Assembly (NCBI GenBank): GCA_963795215.1 | Contig: CAWCGW010000007.1 | Span: 639,745-703,744, forward strand | DNA length: 64,000 bases | Direction of reading: 5' to 3' | Source of the DNA: an uncultured Actinomycetota bacterium | GTDB lineage: Bacteria > Actinomycetota > Actinomycetes > Propionibacteriales > Nocardioidaceae | In this document: in pieces, positions 45,616 to 56,637 of the stretch | Layout of the letters: each line of letters starts with the position of its first letter | Position numbering within the stretch: position 1 is the stretch's first letter | The notes under the pieces: model-generated | Told to the model about the DNA's origin: nothing | Seen by the model: only the letters and a program-made list of their open reading frames with translations | Database searches by the model: none | Made by a program: the position numbers and the translations under genes

Positions 45616-46601
45616 GCGCTGGCCTCCTCGATCTGGTCGCTGGTCGTCCCGGCGTCCTCGGCGACGTGACCGGTCAGGGAGAGGAAGACGTCGTCGAGCG
45701 TCGGCCGGCGCAGCCCGATGTCGAGCACCTCGATCCGCTCGTCGGCGAACTGCTGCAGCACCTGGATCAGGGCCTGCTGGCCGCCGTCGACGGGAGCCAC
45801 CAGGGTGCGCCCGCCCGGGTCGCCGTCGTCGGTCACCTCGCGGCCGGAGATCGTCGACAGCACCCGGACCGCGGCCTCGCGCTGGCTCGCGTGGGTCAGG
45901 ACCACCTCGACCCGCTCACCGCCGGTCTGCGACTTCAGGTCGTCGGCGCTGCCACGGGCGATCTCGCGGCCGTGGTCGATCACGACGATGTCGTCGGCCA
46001 GCCGGTCGGCCTCCTCGAGGTACTGGGTGGTGAGCAGCAGCGTGGCGCCGGAGGCGACCAGCTCGCGGATCACCTCCCACATCTGCTGCCGGCTGCGCAC
46101 GTCGAGGCCCGTGGTCGGCTCGTCGAGGATCAGCACCGGAGGCTCCGCCACCAGGGCGCCGGCGAGGTCGAGCCGCCGCCGCATGCCGCCGGAGTAGGTC
46201 TTGGAGGGCCGGTCGGCGGCGTCGACGAGGTCGAAGCGCTCGAGCAGCTCGCGGGCACGCTGCCGGGCCCGCGCCTTCGGGAAGCCGTAGAGGCGACCGA
46301 CCATCTCGAGGTTCTCGTGGCCGGTGAGGTGCTCGTCGACCGCGGCGTACTGGCCGGAGAGACCGATCCGCGCCCGGACCCCCGCGGGATCGGCCAGCAC
46401 GTCGACGCCGGCGACCTCCGCACTTCCTGCGTCGGGCTCGATCAGGGTCGCCAGCACCCGCACCGCCGTCGTCTTGCCCGCCCCGTTGGGGCCCAGCAGC
46501 GCCAGCACCTTCCCCTCGGGCACCGACAGGTCGAGCCCGCTGAGCGCCTCGACCTCCTTGTAGGTCTTCACCAGCCCGCTGGCCCGGATCATGTCCGCCA
46601 T
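45612..46601 (-). CDS. ABC ATP-binding protein (DrrA-like)
   Basis: GPNGAGKTT, YSGGMRRRLD, LDEPTTGLD, TTQYLEEAD. Confidence 0.92.
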   Translation of the reverse strand: MADMIRASGLVKTYKEVEALSGLDLSVPEGKVLALLGPNGAGKTTAVRVLATLIEPDAGSAEVAGVDVLADPAGVRARIGLSGQYAAVDEHLTGHENLEMVGRLYGFPKARARQRARELLERFDLVDAADRPSKTYSGGMRRRLDLAGALVAEPPVLILDEPTTGLDVRSRQQMWEVIRELVASGATLLLTTQYLEEADRLADDIVVIDHGREIARGSADDLKSQTGGERVEVVLTHASQREAAVRVLSTISGREVTDDGDPGGRTLVAPVDGGQQALIQVLQQFADERIEVLDIGLRRPTLDDVFLSLTGHVAEDAGTTSDQIEEASA

Positions 46602-46778
46602 CTCGCCCTCCTGTGGTCGGTCCCACCCTAGGGACCACCACCGACCAGCCAACTCATCGCCGACTGTGGGGGCAAGAGGTTTCTGAGGGCGGGGGGAGGA
46701 CGCGGGACTACCCACCACCACCCCTCCACCAGGCAAACCGATTGGCGGCGCCGCCGGAGGGCGCCGTAGGCTGGCCGG

Positions 46779-47000
46779 ACAGGCGTCCGAGCCGTCATCA
46801 GCGGCGAGCCTCCGGAAGAACAGCGGCCCCGAGCAGGCGGGGGCCGCCCACTAGACCCGGACGGGTAGGCCCGTCACAGCCGTGAACGAGCGGTCGGTGC
46901 GTGCGCCGGCAAGCGAGGTGGTACCGCGGCGGATCCAGAGCCTGGAGCGTCGTCCTCGTGGGGAGACCGAGACGACCCGCAGGACCGAGCCGCAGGAGAA
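46779..47000 (+). ncRNA. Actinobacterial ileS translational T-box riboswitch (short stem I)
   Basis: Ile specifier ATC at 46797-46799 in GCCGTCATCAGCGGCGAGCC; stem II/IIA-B region GACGGG...CCCGTCACAGCC; T-box AAGCGAGGTGGTACCGCG at 46911-46928; -10 TAGGCT at 46767-46772. Confidence 0.88.
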
Positions 47001-47006
47001 CCACCC

Positions 47007-50000
47007 ATGACCTACCCGAAGGTCGCCACCGGACAGTCCGGGGAGCACGCCCACGTCCCGAGCCAGCCCAACTTCCCGGCCATCGAGGAGCGGGTGCTGG
47101 CCTACTGGAAGGACGACGCGACCTTCGAGGCCAGCGTCGAGCAGCGGGCGACCGGCGACGACGGCGACAACGAGTTCGTCTTCTACGACGGCCCGCCCTT
47201 CGCCAACGGGCTCCCGCACTACGGCCACCTGCTGACCGGCTACGTCAAGGACCTGATCCCGCGCTACCAGACGATGCGCGGGCGCCGGGTCGAGCGCCGC
47301 TTCGGCTGGGACACCCACGGCCTGCCCGCCGAGCTCGAGGCGATGCGGGTCAAGGGCATCAAGACGACCGAGGAGATCGTCGAGATGGGCATCGACGTCT
47401 TCAACGACGCCTGCCGCACCTCGGTCCTCACCTACACCGACGAGTGGCGCGACTACGTCACCCGCCAGGCCCGCTGGGTCGACTTCGACCACGACTACAA
47501 GACGCTCGACCTCGACTACATGGAGTCGGTCCTGTGGGCGTTCAAGAACCTCCACGACAAGGGCCTGGTCTACGAGGACTTCCGGGTCCTGCCCTACTGC
47601 TGGAACGACGAGACCCCGCTGTCCAACCACGAGCTGCGGATGGACGAGGACGTCTACCAGAACCGCCAGGACCCCGCGGTCACCGTCGGCATGCGGCTGG
47701 AGGACACCGGCGCCGGCGGCGCCCTCGACGGTGCCGTCGCCCTGGTCTGGACGACGACGCCGTGGACGATGCCCTCCAACCTGCTGGTCATGGTCGGCGA
47801 GGACATCGAGTACGCCGTGGTGGAGTCCGACCTGCCGACCGGCACCACCGAGCGCTACCTGCTCGGCGCCGAGCGGCTGGCGGCGTACGCCCGCGAGCTG
47901 TCGCCGACCGGGTCGGTCGAGGACCTCGTGGTCGTGGCGCGGGTGCGCGGCAAGGACCTGGTCGGCCGCTCCTACACCCCGCCCTTCTCCTACTTCCAGG
48001 GCACCGCGCACGCGCACCGCGTCGTCGAGGCCGACTTCGTCACCACCGCCGACGGCACCGGGCTGGTCCACAGCGCCGGCGCCTACGGCGAGGAGGACAA
48101 GGTCATCACCGACCGGGAGGGCATCGAGCTCGTCGTCGCCGTCGCCAAGGACGGGACGTTCACCTACCCCGTCACCGACTACGCCGGGATGCACGTCTTC
48201 GACGCCAACGGCCCGATCGTCGAGCACCTCAAGAACGCCACGCGGGGCGAGGGGGAGACCGGGGCGGTCGTGCCCGGCACCGTGCTGCTGCGCCGGGAGA
48301 CCTACGAGCACTCCTACCCGCACTGCTGGCGCTGCCGGCAGCCGCTGATCTACATGGCCGTGTCGTCCTGGTTCGTCGACACCCGCAAGATCCGGGACCG
48401 GATGCTCGAGCTCAACCAGGAGATCCGCTGGGTCCCCGACCACGTGCGCGACGGCCAGTTCGGCCGGTGGCTGGAGAACACCCGGCCCTGGTCGATCTCC
48501 CGCAACCGGTTCTGGGGCAGCCCGATCCCGGTGTGGCGCTCCGACGACCCCGCCTACCCCCGGATCGACGTCTACGGGTCGCTCGACGAGCTCGAGCGCG
48601 ACTTCGGCGTACGTCCGGACGACCTGCACCGGCCGTTCATCGACGAGCTGACGCGCCCCAACCCCGACGACCCCCGCTCGCCGGAGGAGGGCCGCTCGAC
48701 GATGCGTCGCGTCACCGATGTCTTCGACTGCTGGTTCGAGTCGGGCTCGATGCCGTTCGCGCAGGTGCACTACCCGTTCGAGAACGCCGAGTGGTTCGAG
48801 GACCACTACCCCGGCGACTTCATCGTCGAGTACATCGGCCAGACCCGCGGCTGGTTCTACACGATGCACGTGCTCGCGACCGCGCTGTTCGACAAGCCGG
48901 CCTTCGACACCTGCGTCAGCCACGGCATCGTGCTCGGCTCCGACGGCAACAAGATGTCGAAGAGCCTGCGCAACTACCCCAACGTCTACGAGGTCTTCGA
49001 CCGCGACGGCGCCGACGCGATGCGCTGGTTCCTGATGTCGAGCCCGATCCTGCGCGGCGGCAACCTGGTCGTCACCGAGCGCGGCATCCGCGAGTCGGTC
49101 CGGCAGGTGCTGATCCCGCTGTGGAACACCTGGTACTTCTTCGCGCTCTACGCCAACGCCGCCTCCGGCGGCGAGGGGTACGCCGCCGCCGGTGGCACCG
49201 CCTCGAGCCACGTGATGGACCGCTACGTGCTGGCCAAGCTGCGCCGGTACGTCGAGGACATGACCCGCCAGCTCGACGACTACGAGGTGGCGAACGCGTG
49301 CGACTCGACGCGGGCGTTCCTCGAGGTGCTGACCAACTGGTACGTCCGGCGCTCCCGCGAGCGGTTCTGGGACGAGAGCCCGGAGGCCTTCGACACGCTG
49401 TGGACCGTGCTGGAGACGGTGTGCCGGGTGGCGGCGCCGCTGCTGCCGCTGACCACCGAGGAGGTCTGGCGCGGGCTGACCGGCGAACGCTCCGTGCACC
49501 TGGCGGACTGGCCGGAGGCCGACGCGCTGCCGGCGGACGAGGCGCTCGTCGCGGCGATGGACGAGGTGCGCGACGTCGCCTCGGCCGGCCTGGCGCTGCG
49601 CAAGGCCCACGGGCTGCGCACCCGGCTCCCGCTCGCCTCGCTGACCGTGGTCGTCGACGACGCGGACGCGCTGGCGGGCTTCGAGCCGCTGCTGGCCGAC
49701 GAGCTGAACGTCAAGCAGGTCCGGCTCGTGCGGGCCGGGTCCGCGGAGGCCGCGGCGTACGCCGTGGAGCAGCGGCTCACCGTCAACGCCCGGGCCGCCG
49801 GACCGCGGCTGGGCCGCGACGTGCAGACGGTCATCAAGGGCTCGAAGTCCGGGAACTGGTCGGTCGGTGCCGACGGCACCGTCACCTGCGCCGGGGTGGT
49901 GCTCGAGGAGGGCGAGTTCACGCTCGAGACGGTCGCGGGCGAGGGCGGTGGGGACGCCGCCACGGCGGTGCTGCCCCGGGGTGGCTTCGTGGTGCTCGAC

Positions 50001-50243
50001 ACCGCCACCACCCCCGAGCTCGAGGCCGAGGGTGTCGCCCGCGACCTGGTGCGTGCGGTGCAGCAGGCCCGCCGCGACGCCGGCCTGGACGTCTCCGACC
50101 GGATCGCGCTGGTCGTGGCCGGTACGGCCGAGGTGCTCGCGGCTGCGCGCAGCCACGAGGCGCTGCTCGCGGGGGAGACCCTCGCCGACGCCGTGTCCTT
50201 CGAGGAGGCGCCCGAGACCGCGGTACGGGTCGTCCGCGCCTGA
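47007..50243 (+). CDS. ileS: Isoleucine--tRNA ligase (IleRS2 type)
   Basis: [36 protein letters not shown]. Confidence 0.96.
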   Translation: MTYPKVATGQSGEHAHVPSQPNFPAIEERVLAYWKDDATFEASVEQRATGDDGDNEFVFYDGPPFANGLPHYGHLLTGYVKDLIPRYQTMRGRRVERRFGWDTHGLPAELEAMRVKGIKTTEEIVEMGIDVFNDACRTSVLTYTDEWRDYVTRQARWVDFDHDYKTLDLDYMESVLWAFKNLHDKGLVYEDFRVLPYCWNDETPLSNHELRMDEDVYQNRQDPAVTVGMRLEDTGAGGALDGAVALVWTTTPWTMPSNLLVMVGEDIEYAVVESDLPTGTTERYLLGAERLAAYARELSPTGSVEDLVVVARVRGKDLVGRSYTPPFSYFQGTAHAHRVVEADFVTTADGTGLVHSAGAYGEEDKVITDREGIELVVAVAKDGTFTYPVTDYAGMHVFDANGPIVEHLKNATRGEGETGAVVPGTVLLRRETYEHSYPHCWRCRQPLIYMAVSSWFVDTRKIRDRMLELNQEIRWVPDHVRDGQFGRWLENTRPWSISRNRFWGSPIPVWRSDDPAYPRIDVYGSLDELERDFGVRPDDLHRPFIDELTRPNPDDPRSPEEGRSTMRRVTDVFDCWFESGSMPFAQVHYPFENAEWFEDHYPGDFIVEYIGQTRGWFYTMHVLATALFDKPAFDTCVSHGIVLGSDGNKMSKSLRNYPNVYEVFDRDGADAMRWFLMSSPILRGGNLVVTERGIRESVRQVLIPLWNTWYFFALYANAASGGEGYAAAGGTASSHVMDRYVLAKLRRYVEDMTRQLDDYEVANACDSTRAFLEVLTNWYVRRSRERFWDESPEAFDTLWTVLETVCRVAAPLLPLTTEEVWRGLTGERSVHLADWPEADALPADEALVAAMDEVRDVASAGLALRKAHGLRTRLPLASLTVVVDDADALAGFEPLLADELNVKQVRLVRAGSAEAAAYAVEQRLTVNARAAGPRLGRDVQTVIKGSKSGNWSVGADGTVTCAGVVLEEGEFTLETVAGEGGGDAATAVLPRGGFVVLDTATTPELEAEGVARDLVRAVQQARRDAGLDVSDRIALVVAGTAEVLAAARSHEALLAGETLADAVSFEEAPETAVRVVRA

Positions 50244-50289
50244 CCGGCGGCCAGGGGGTCCGGTGGGGACGGCGTGGCAGGCTGGCCGG

Positions 50290-51231
50290 ATGAGCCAGGA
50301 CTCCACCCGCGAATCGCGCGGCACCGCTCCCGTCGTCGTCGTCACCGGGGCCAACGGCCTGGTCGGCGCCCGCACCTGTGCCGCCCTGGTCGGCCTCGGC
50401 GCCACCGTGCGCGCCGTCGTACGCCGGCCGGGGACCGCGCCGCAGCGGCTCGGTGGTGCGGGCGGGGAGCACGTCGGCGACTTCGGTGATCCCGCGTTCG
50501 CCGCCCACGTCGTCGCGGGTGCCGACGCCGTGGTCACGACCGTGCACCCGATGGGCAGCGACCGGGACACCCAGCACCGGGTCGGGGTCGAGGGGACCAC
50601 GGTCCTGGCGCGAGCCGCCCGGGACGCCGGGGTGCGGCGGCTCGTCCACGTCTCGACCGCTGCCGTCTACGACCGCTCCCCGGGCACCGGTGACGTCGAC
50701 GAGGCCTCCCCGCTGGTGGGTGACGACGCGGACGACTACGCCGTCACCAAGCGCGACGCGGACCGGGCGCTCGACGAGATCGCCGGAGGCGGCCTCACCG
50801 TCGTGCTGCTGCGCCCGCCGGCGGTCCTCGGCCCCGGCGAGACCTCGGTGTGGAACACCCGGCGACCGGCGGCGATGCGCGAGCACCCCGGTGCCCGCCG
50901 GGCCAACCCGGAGCAGGCCTTCGCCTGGGTGCACGTCGACGACCTCGCGCGGCTGGCGGCCACGGTGGCCGCCGGGCAGGTCCCCGCGGCCGACGATCCT
51001 GCCCGTGGCCCGGTCGCGGATGCGTGCACCCCCCTCAACGTCGCGGCCGCGCCCGCCGCCGGCCGTGACTACGTCGGGACCGTGACCGGGGCGCTGGGGG
51101 TCGAGCCGAGCTGGACCGAGGACCCGGTGTGGACCGGCCGGCTGCTCGCGGACCGTGCCCACGGCTGGGGCTGGTCGCCCGAGGTCGGGCTCGACGCGGC
51201 GCTGGCCGAGCTCCGGCAGGGGTTGGCCTAG
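50290..51231 (+). CDS. NAD-dependent epimerase/dehydratase (extended SDR)
   Basis: VTGANGLVG, STAAVY, YAVTK. Confidence 0.85.
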   Translation: MSQDSTRESRGTAPVVVVTGANGLVGARTCAALVGLGATVRAVVRRPGTAPQRLGGAGGEHVGDFGDPAFAAHVVAGADAVVTTVHPMGSDRDTQHRVGVEGTTVLARAARDAGVRRLVHVSTAAVYDRSPGTGDVDEASPLVGDDADDYAVTKRDADRALDEIAGGGLTVVLLRPPAVLGPGETSVWNTRRPAAMREHPGARRANPEQAFAWVHVDDLARLAATVAAGQVPAADDPARGPVADACTPLNVAAAPAAGRDYVGTVTGALGVEPSWTEDPVWTGRLLADRAHGWGWSPEVGLDAALAELRQGLA

Positions 51232-51283
51232 CAGCACCGCGGGTCAGCCCGGTCGGCGTCGCCGCGGCTGGTTGGATGGGGGC

Positions 51284-52342
51284 ATGCTCGACCTCACCGC
51301 CGACCCCGTGACCCTCACCCGCCAGCTCGTCGACATCGAGTCGGTCAGCCGCAACGAGCAGGCCATCGCCGACGCCATCGAGCAGGCGCTGCGTGCCCTC
51401 GGCCACCTCGAGGTGACCCGCCGCGGCCACACGGTGGTGGCGCGCACCCACCTGGGCCGGGCCGAGCGGGTGCTCATCGCCGGCCACATCGACACCGTCC
51501 CCCTCAACGACAACCTGCCCGCGCGGCTCGAGGACGGCATCCTCCACGGCCTCGGCAGCTGTGACATGAAGAGCGGCGACGCGGTCCTGCTGCACCTGGC
51601 GGCCACGCTGCGCGAGCCCGACCGCGACGTCACGTTCATCCTCTACGAGGCCGAGGAGATCGAGGAGGAGTTCAACGGGCTGCGGCTGCTCAGCGAGAGC
51701 GACCCCGAGCTGATGGCCGCCGACTTCGCGATCCTGATGGAACCCTCGGGCGCCATCGTCGAGGCGGGCTGCCAGGGCACGATGCGCGTCGACGTGCGGA
51801 CGACGGGGGAGCGGGCCCACGCCGCGCGGAGCTGGAAGGGCGTGAACGCCATCCACGGCGCCGCGGAGGTGCTGGCCCGGCTCAACGACTTCGAGCCCCG
51901 CAGGCCGGTCATCGACGGGCTGGAGTACCACGAGGGCCTCAACGCGGTCGCCATCACCGGCGGCGTCGCCGGCAACGTGCTGCCCGACGAGTGCGTCGTG
52001 TCGGTCAACCACCGCTTCGCGCCCGACCGCTCCGAGGCGGAGGCGGAGGCCTTCGTGCGGGAGTTCTTCGCCGGCTTCGAGGTCACGCTGCGTGACAGCG
52101 CCCCGGCGGCGCTGCCGGGGCTCGGGCTGCCGGCGGCGAAGCAGTTCATCGACGCGGTCGGCGGCGAGGTGCGGCCGAAGTTCGGCTGGACCGACGTCGC
52201 CCGGTTCAGCGCCCTCGGCGTCCCGGCGGTCAACTTCGGTCCCGGCGACCCGATGCTCGCCCACAAGCAGGAGGAGCACGTGCCCGTCGAGCACATCGAA
52301 CGCTGCGAGCGGCAGCTGCGCGCGTGGCTGGGGGGTGCGTGA
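51284..52342 (+). CDS. dapE: Succinyl-diaminopimelate desuccinylase
   Basis: AGHIDTVP, GLGSCDMKSGDA, YEAEE, GWTDVA, AHKQEE. Confidence 0.93.
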   Translation: MLDLTADPVTLTRQLVDIESVSRNEQAIADAIEQALRALGHLEVTRRGHTVVARTHLGRAERVLIAGHIDTVPLNDNLPARLEDGILHGLGSCDMKSGDAVLLHLAATLREPDRDVTFILYEAEEIEEEFNGLRLLSESDPELMAADFAILMEPSGAIVEAGCQGTMRVDVRTTGERAHAARSWKGVNAIHGAAEVLARLNDFEPRRPVIDGLEYHEGLNAVAITGGVAGNVLPDECVVSVNHRFAPDRSEAEAEAFVREFFAGFEVTLRDSAPAALPGLGLPAAKQFIDAVGGEVRPKFGWTDVARFSALGVPAVNFGPGDPMLAHKQEEHVPVEHIERCERQLRAWLGGA

Positions 52343-53082
52343 TGGTGCAGCAGCCCGGACCGGCCGACGGTGGACGCCGCGGCACCACCGCCGACCAGCG
52401 GCTGCTCGACCGCGGCACCCGGCTCGACACCCACCACGACTACTGGCGGGTGCTGCGCATCCAGGCCGAGTTCGTCGAGGGCTTCGGTGCCCTCGCGGAG
52501 CTGGGACCGGCGATCGCCGTCTTCGGCTCGGCCCGCACCAAGCCGGAGTCCCCCTACTTCGACATGGGCGTGCAGGTCGGGCGGGGTCTGGCCGAGGCCG
52601 GCTTCGCCGTCATCACCGGGGGCGGTCCCGGCGCGATGGAGGCGGCCAACCGCGGCGCCCGCGAGGCCGGCGGCACCTCCGTCGGGCTCGGCATCGAGCT
52701 GCCCTTCGAGGCCGGGCTCAACCCCCATGTCGACCTCGGCATCAACTTCCGCTACTTCTTCGCCCGCAAGACGATGTTCGTGAAGTACTCCCAGGGCTTC
52801 GTGGTCCTGCCCGGCGGTCTCGGGACCTTCGACGAGCTGTTCGAGGCGCTCACCCTGGTGCAGACCCAGAAGGTGACGTCGTTCCCGGTCGTGCTGCTGG
52901 GCACGTCGTACTGGCAGGGGCTGCTCGACTGGTTGCGCGACACGGTGCTGGAGGTGGGCAACATCGCCGCCGGCGACCTCGACATGCTGACCGTGACCGA
53001 CAGCGTCGACGAGGCCGTGGCCGCCATGGTGGCGGCGCGCAACGACGGCCGGCCGACGCCACCGGCACACCGGGCGGAGTGA
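52342..53082 (+). CDS. LOG-family (TIGR00730) nucleotide phosphoribohydrolase
   Basis: VFGSART, TGGGPGAMEAAN, RKTMFVKYS, PGGLGTFDE. Confidence 0.9.
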   Translation: MVQQPGPADGGRRGTTADQRLLDRGTRLDTHHDYWRVLRIQAEFVEGFGALAELGPAIAVFGSARTKPESPYFDMGVQVGRGLAEAGFAVITGGGPGAMEAANRGAREAGGTSVGLGIELPFEAGLNPHVDLGINFRYFFARKTMFVKYSQGFVVLPGGLGTFDELFEALTLVQTQKVTSFPVVLLGTSYWQGLLDWLRDTVLEVGNIAAGDLDMLTVTDSVDEAVAAMVAARNDGRPTPPAHRAE

Positions 53083-53088
53083 ACCGCG

Positions 53089-53457
53089 GTGACCTGGGTG
53101 TTCGCGATCCTCGCCGTCCTCGCGCTCGGCGGGATCGCGGTCGTCGCCGCCGGGCGCGGCACCCCGCTCGCCGAGGCCTACGACGACCGCCCCGACGCCG
53201 TCGTGCCCGCGCACGGTCGGCTCGCCGGTGAGGACCTGCGCCGGGTCCGGTTCTCCCTGGCCCTCCGCGGCTACCGGATGTCGGAGGTGGACGCCCTGCT
53301 CGACCGCGTCGCGCGCGAGCTCGAGGACGCCGAGCCACCGACCGGGCCCCCGCCCGAGCAGCCGGTCGAGCAGCCGGACGAGGAGCCCCCGGCGGTTCAC
53401 CCCGACGACAGCCGGTCGCCACGCCCCGACGGTCGTGGCGACACCGACGCGCACTAG
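53089..53457 (+). CDS. DivIVA-domain-containing protein
   Basis: N-terminal TM then FSLALRGYRMSEVDALLD. Confidence 0.85.
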   Translation: MTWVFAILAVLALGGIAVVAAGRGTPLAEAYDDRPDAVVPAHGRLAGEDLRRVRFSLALRGYRMSEVDALLDRVARELEDAEPPTGPPPEQPVEQPDEEPPAVHPDDSRSPRPDGRGDTDAH

Positions 53458-53471
53458 GGCACACTGCACGC

Positions 53472-53897
53472 GTGTCCACCGAGGTGATCGTCTACGTCCT
53501 CACCGGCCTGGCAGCCGTCGTCGTCGTGCTCACCCGGGTCCGCCTCGGCAAGGACAGCGGCGGCGCCGGCCGGGTCAACGTCGGCTCCACGCTGCTGAAC
53601 GTGCACACCGCCGCGGGTGCCGTGGCACTGGTGACCTGGGTGGTCTACCTCGTCGCCCCTGAGGACTCGACCCTCGGCGGCGAGCTGTTCGGGGTGGTCG
53701 CCCTCGCCTTCTGGTGGATCGTCACCCTCGCCGGCCTGCTGGTCCTGGTCCGCTGGCTGCCCAGCCACGGCAAGCACGCGACCGTCGCGCAGGAGGACAG
53801 CTGGTCCGACGGCCCGGGGCTCTCGGTCCTCGCCCACGTCGGCATGCTGGTCGGGGTGCTCGTCTTCACCTACGCCTACGCCACCTCGCTGGTGTGA
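53472..53897 (+). CDS. Hypothetical membrane protein
   Basis: Four hydrophobic segments; typical codon bias. Confidence 0.75.
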   Translation: MSTEVIVYVLTGLAAVVVVLTRVRLGKDSGGAGRVNVGSTLLNVHTAAGAVALVTWVVYLVAPEDSTLGGELFGVVALAFWWIVTLAGLLVLVRWLPSHGKHATVAQEDSWSDGPGLSVLAHVGMLVGVLVFTYAYATSLV

Positions 53898-53899
53898 GC

Positions 53900-54721
53900 G
53901 TGCGAGCGACCGCGACCGGCCTCGCGCTGCTGCTCGCCGCCGCGGGCCCGGCCCTCGTCCCGGGGGCACCCGCGTCCGGGTCCGTCCCGGCGTCGACCGC
54001 CTCCGCGGCGTACGGCCCGGCGTCGGGGGAGGACGCGGTGGTGCGCAAGCGCAAGCTCGGGGAGTCCGTCGAGGGCCGGGCGATCATGGCCTACCGGCTC
54101 GGCGACCGCACCGGGAAGCCGGTGGTGCTGATCTCGACGATGCACGGCGACGAGCCCCACACCCGCCAGATCCTGACCTCGCTGCGGGACGGGCGCAGGA
54201 TCGTGGGGATCGACCTGTGGGTGGTCCCGACCTACAACCCCGACGGGCTCGCCGCCGGCACCCGCAAGAACGCGCACGGCGTCGACCTCAACCGCAACTA
54301 CCCCTACCAGTGGGCCGAGCTCGACGGTGAGACCGAGTCGGGTCCGAAGCCGAAGTCGGAGCCGGAGACACGCGCGATGATCCGGTTCCTCAAGGACGTC
54401 CGGCCGCGCCGGATCCTCAGCTTCCACCAGCCGTTGTACGGCGTGGACCAGGACACGAAGAACCGCAGGTTCGCCCGCCGCGTGGCGCGGGTCCTGCACC
54501 TGCCGCGCAAGACCTTCGACTGCGGTGGGACCTGCCACGGGACGATGACGTCCTGGTACAACCACACCTTCTCCGGCGCCGCGCTGACGGTCGAGTACGG
54601 CGCCTCCCCGCGCCGCCGGACGATGCGCCGGACCGCGCCGAAGCGGGTGCTGGAGATCTTCGACGCCCGCCGGACGGTGCTGGTGAGCGACATCGTCGAC
54701 GACGCGGACCAGCGGGCCTAG
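53900..54721 (+). CDS. Secreted M14 Zn carboxypeptidase (MpaA-like)
   Basis: MHGDE, RKNAHGVDLNRN, SFHQ, VEYG; signal peptide. Confidence 0.82.
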   Translation: MRATATGLALLLAAAGPALVPGAPASGSVPASTASAAYGPASGEDAVVRKRKLGESVEGRAIMAYRLGDRTGKPVVLISTMHGDEPHTRQILTSLRDGRRIVGIDLWVVPTYNPDGLAAGTRKNAHGVDLNRNYPYQWAELDGETESGPKPKSEPETRAMIRFLKDVRPRRILSFHQPLYGVDQDTKNRRFARRVARVLHLPRKTFDCGGTCHGTMTSWYNHTFSGAALTVEYGASPRRRTMRRTAPKRVLEIFDARRTVLVSDIVDDADQRA

Positions 54722-55509
54722 CGGCCCTCGAAGACCGGCTTCTCCTTGGCCAGGAACGCCGCAACGGCGGCGGCATGGTCGGCCGTGCCGCCGGTGAGGG
54801 TCATCATCTCGCTCTCGAAGCCGAGGGCCTGTTCGAAGGAGTGGCCCGCGGCGAACGCGACGGCGCGGCGCATCGCGCCCAGCGCGACCGTGGGCCCGGC
54901 GGCCAGCCGGGCGGCCACCTCGCCGACCCGGCCGGCCAGCTCGTCGTCCGGGACGACCTCGGTGGCCAGCCCCAGCTCGAGCGCCTCGAGCGCGGGGACC
55001 GTGCGCGGGAAGTAGAGCAGCTCGATCGCCTTCGCCCGGCCGACGAGCCGCTGCAGGTGGTAGCTCGCGCCGGTGTCGCAGGAGAGCGCGACGCCGGCGA
55101 AGGCGAGGTTGAAGCCGGCACCCGCCGCGACGTAGCGCAGGTCGCTGGCGAAGGCCAGGCTCGCGCCCGCGCCCGCGGCGACCCCGTTCACGGCAGCGAT
55201 CACCGGCTTCGCCATCGTGGCCAGGGCGGTCACGGTCGGGTTGTAGTGCTCGTCGACGGTCGCGAACAGCTGGTCGCTGCCGCCGTTGTGGAGCAGCTCG
55301 ACGTGCTCCTTGAGGTCCTGCCCGACGCAGAAGGCACGGCCCGAGCCGGTGAGCACCACGCACCGGGCGGCGGGGTCCTCGGCGACGGCGCGGACGGTCT
55401 CGAGCAGCGACTCCTTGGTGGCCACGTCCAGGCTGTTCATGGCGTCGGGACGGTGGAGCGTGATCGTCGCGACGCCCTCGGTCAGGTCGAGCAGCACGGG
55501 TGAGGTCAT
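54718..55509 (-). CDS. Enoyl-CoA hydratase/isomerase (PaaG-like)
   Basis: FCVGQDL, VNGVAAGAGASL. Confidence 0.9.
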   Translation of the reverse strand: MTSPVLLDLTEGVATITLHRPDAMNSLDVATKESLLETVRAVAEDPAARCVVLTGSGRAFCVGQDLKEHVELLHNGGSDQLFATVDEHYNPTVTALATMAKPVIAAVNGVAAGAGASLAFASDLRYVAAGAGFNLAFAGVALSCDTGASYHLQRLVGRAKAIELLYFPRTVPALEALELGLATEVVPDDELAGRVGEVAARLAAGPTVALGAMRRAVAFAAGHSFEQALGFESEMMTLTGGTADHAAAVAAFLAKEKPVFEGR

Positions 55510-55529
55510 GGCCGCAGTCTGCCGCACGC

Positions 55530-56294
55530 TCACTCGTCCAGGCACCGCGCGACGAAGCGGTCGGCGGCGGGCTTGAGCCGACGCGCCTCGCTCGTGAACA
55601 GCTCCGCGGCGGCCAGGCCGGGCCAGTCCTGCGGGAGCAGGTCGCGCGGGAGCCCGGGGTCGGTGAAGAGGAACTTGCGCCACTCGTGGACCAGCCGGAA
55701 CCGGGCCGCGAAGGCCGCCTCGTCGTCGGTCCCGGCCTCCGCGAGCAGCGCGTCGGCCTCCGCCAGGAACGAGCGGTACGACGCGGCGAGGTCCGGCAGG
55801 TCCCAGGCCTCGATGGGCGTCGGCTCGACGAGGTCGGCGCGCACCCGTCGGGCCGAGGCGCCGGCCCGGTCGAGCACCTCCGCGAGGCCGGTGCGCGAGT
55901 AGGGGCTGATCCAGGTGTGGGGGGTCAGCTCGGCGTACCCGACGAACTCGAGGTCGGCCCGCAGCCGCTGCCGTTCCGGGCGCTCGCCGGGCTGGTCGAC
56001 GAGGACCAGGTGCCAGTGGCCGTCCCACGGCTGCTCGTCGCCGCGGTAGACGCGGGCCGCGACGTCGTCGAGCCAGCGGATGGTGCGCGACGTCGCGCGG
56101 TAGCCGCGCCCGGCAGGGAGGCCGACCGGCTCCAGCCAGCCCTCGGAGACCATCCGGGAGATGGCGGTCCGGACCGCGGGGCCCTGGATGCCGACGGGTT
56201 CGAGCAGCCGCACGAGACCGGCCACGGGGGCCTGGCTGCCGCGGCTGCGCAGGTGGTCGCCATAGACGTCGAACAGCGCGGACCGGGCGTGCAT
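55530..56294 (-). CDS. PaaX-family transcriptional regulator
   Basis: MHARSALFDVYGDHL, AVRTAISRM, DPGLPRDLLP. Confidence 0.88.
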   Translation of the reverse strand: MHARSALFDVYGDHLRSRGSQAPVAGLVRLLEPVGIQGPAVRTAISRMVSEGWLEPVGLPAGRGYRATSRTIRWLDDVAARVYRGDEQPWDGHWHLVLVDQPGERPERQRLRADLEFVGYAELTPHTWISPYSRTGLAEVLDRAGASARRVRADLVEPTPIEAWDLPDLAASYRSFLAEADALLAEAGTDDEAAFAARFRLVHEWRKFLFTDPGLPRDLLPQDWPGLAAAELFTSEARRLKPAADRFVARCLDE

Positions 56295-56453
56295 GGGGCG
56301 AGTGTGCCACCCGGTGGCGGAGCGACACCTGAGGGACACCGGGGACCTGTGGTCGGCATCACGCCGGCCATGGGGGATAATGGACCGGCATAGACCGACC
56401 GTCGCCACTGCGACGGGAAGGTCCCGGGGACAGAACAAGGAAGAGGTGCGCGG

Positions 56454-56621
56454 ATGGCGGCGATGAAGCCCCGGACGGGCGACGGTCCGCTGGAGGTCAC
56501 CAAGGAGGGGCGCGGTCTGGTGATGCGCGTCCCGCTCGAGGGTGGTGGCCGGTTGGTCGTGGAGCTCAACGTCGACGAGGCGACAGAGCTGCGACAGGCG
56601 CTCGAGGGCGTCACCAGCTGA
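56454..56621 (+). CDS. DUF3117 family protein
   Basis: MAAMKPRTGDGPLEVTKEGRGLVMRVPLEGGGRLVVEL; 55 aa, below the ORF-track cutoff. Confidence 0.92.
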   Translation: MAAMKPRTGDGPLEVTKEGRGLVMRVPLEGGGRLVVELNVDEATELRQALEGVTS

Positions 56622-56637
56622 TCCGCGAGTCGTCCCT

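Noticed and set aside
44791-46601. DrrAB-like pair as a marker of an antibiotic biosynthetic cluster
   Set aside because: No PKS, NRPS or tailoring genes in the vicinity.
46851-50600. 1249-aa minus-strand ORF and 1130-aa alternative + frame ORF (46901..50293)
   Set aside because: Shadows of ileS; Arg/Pro/Gly-rich translations without domain signal.
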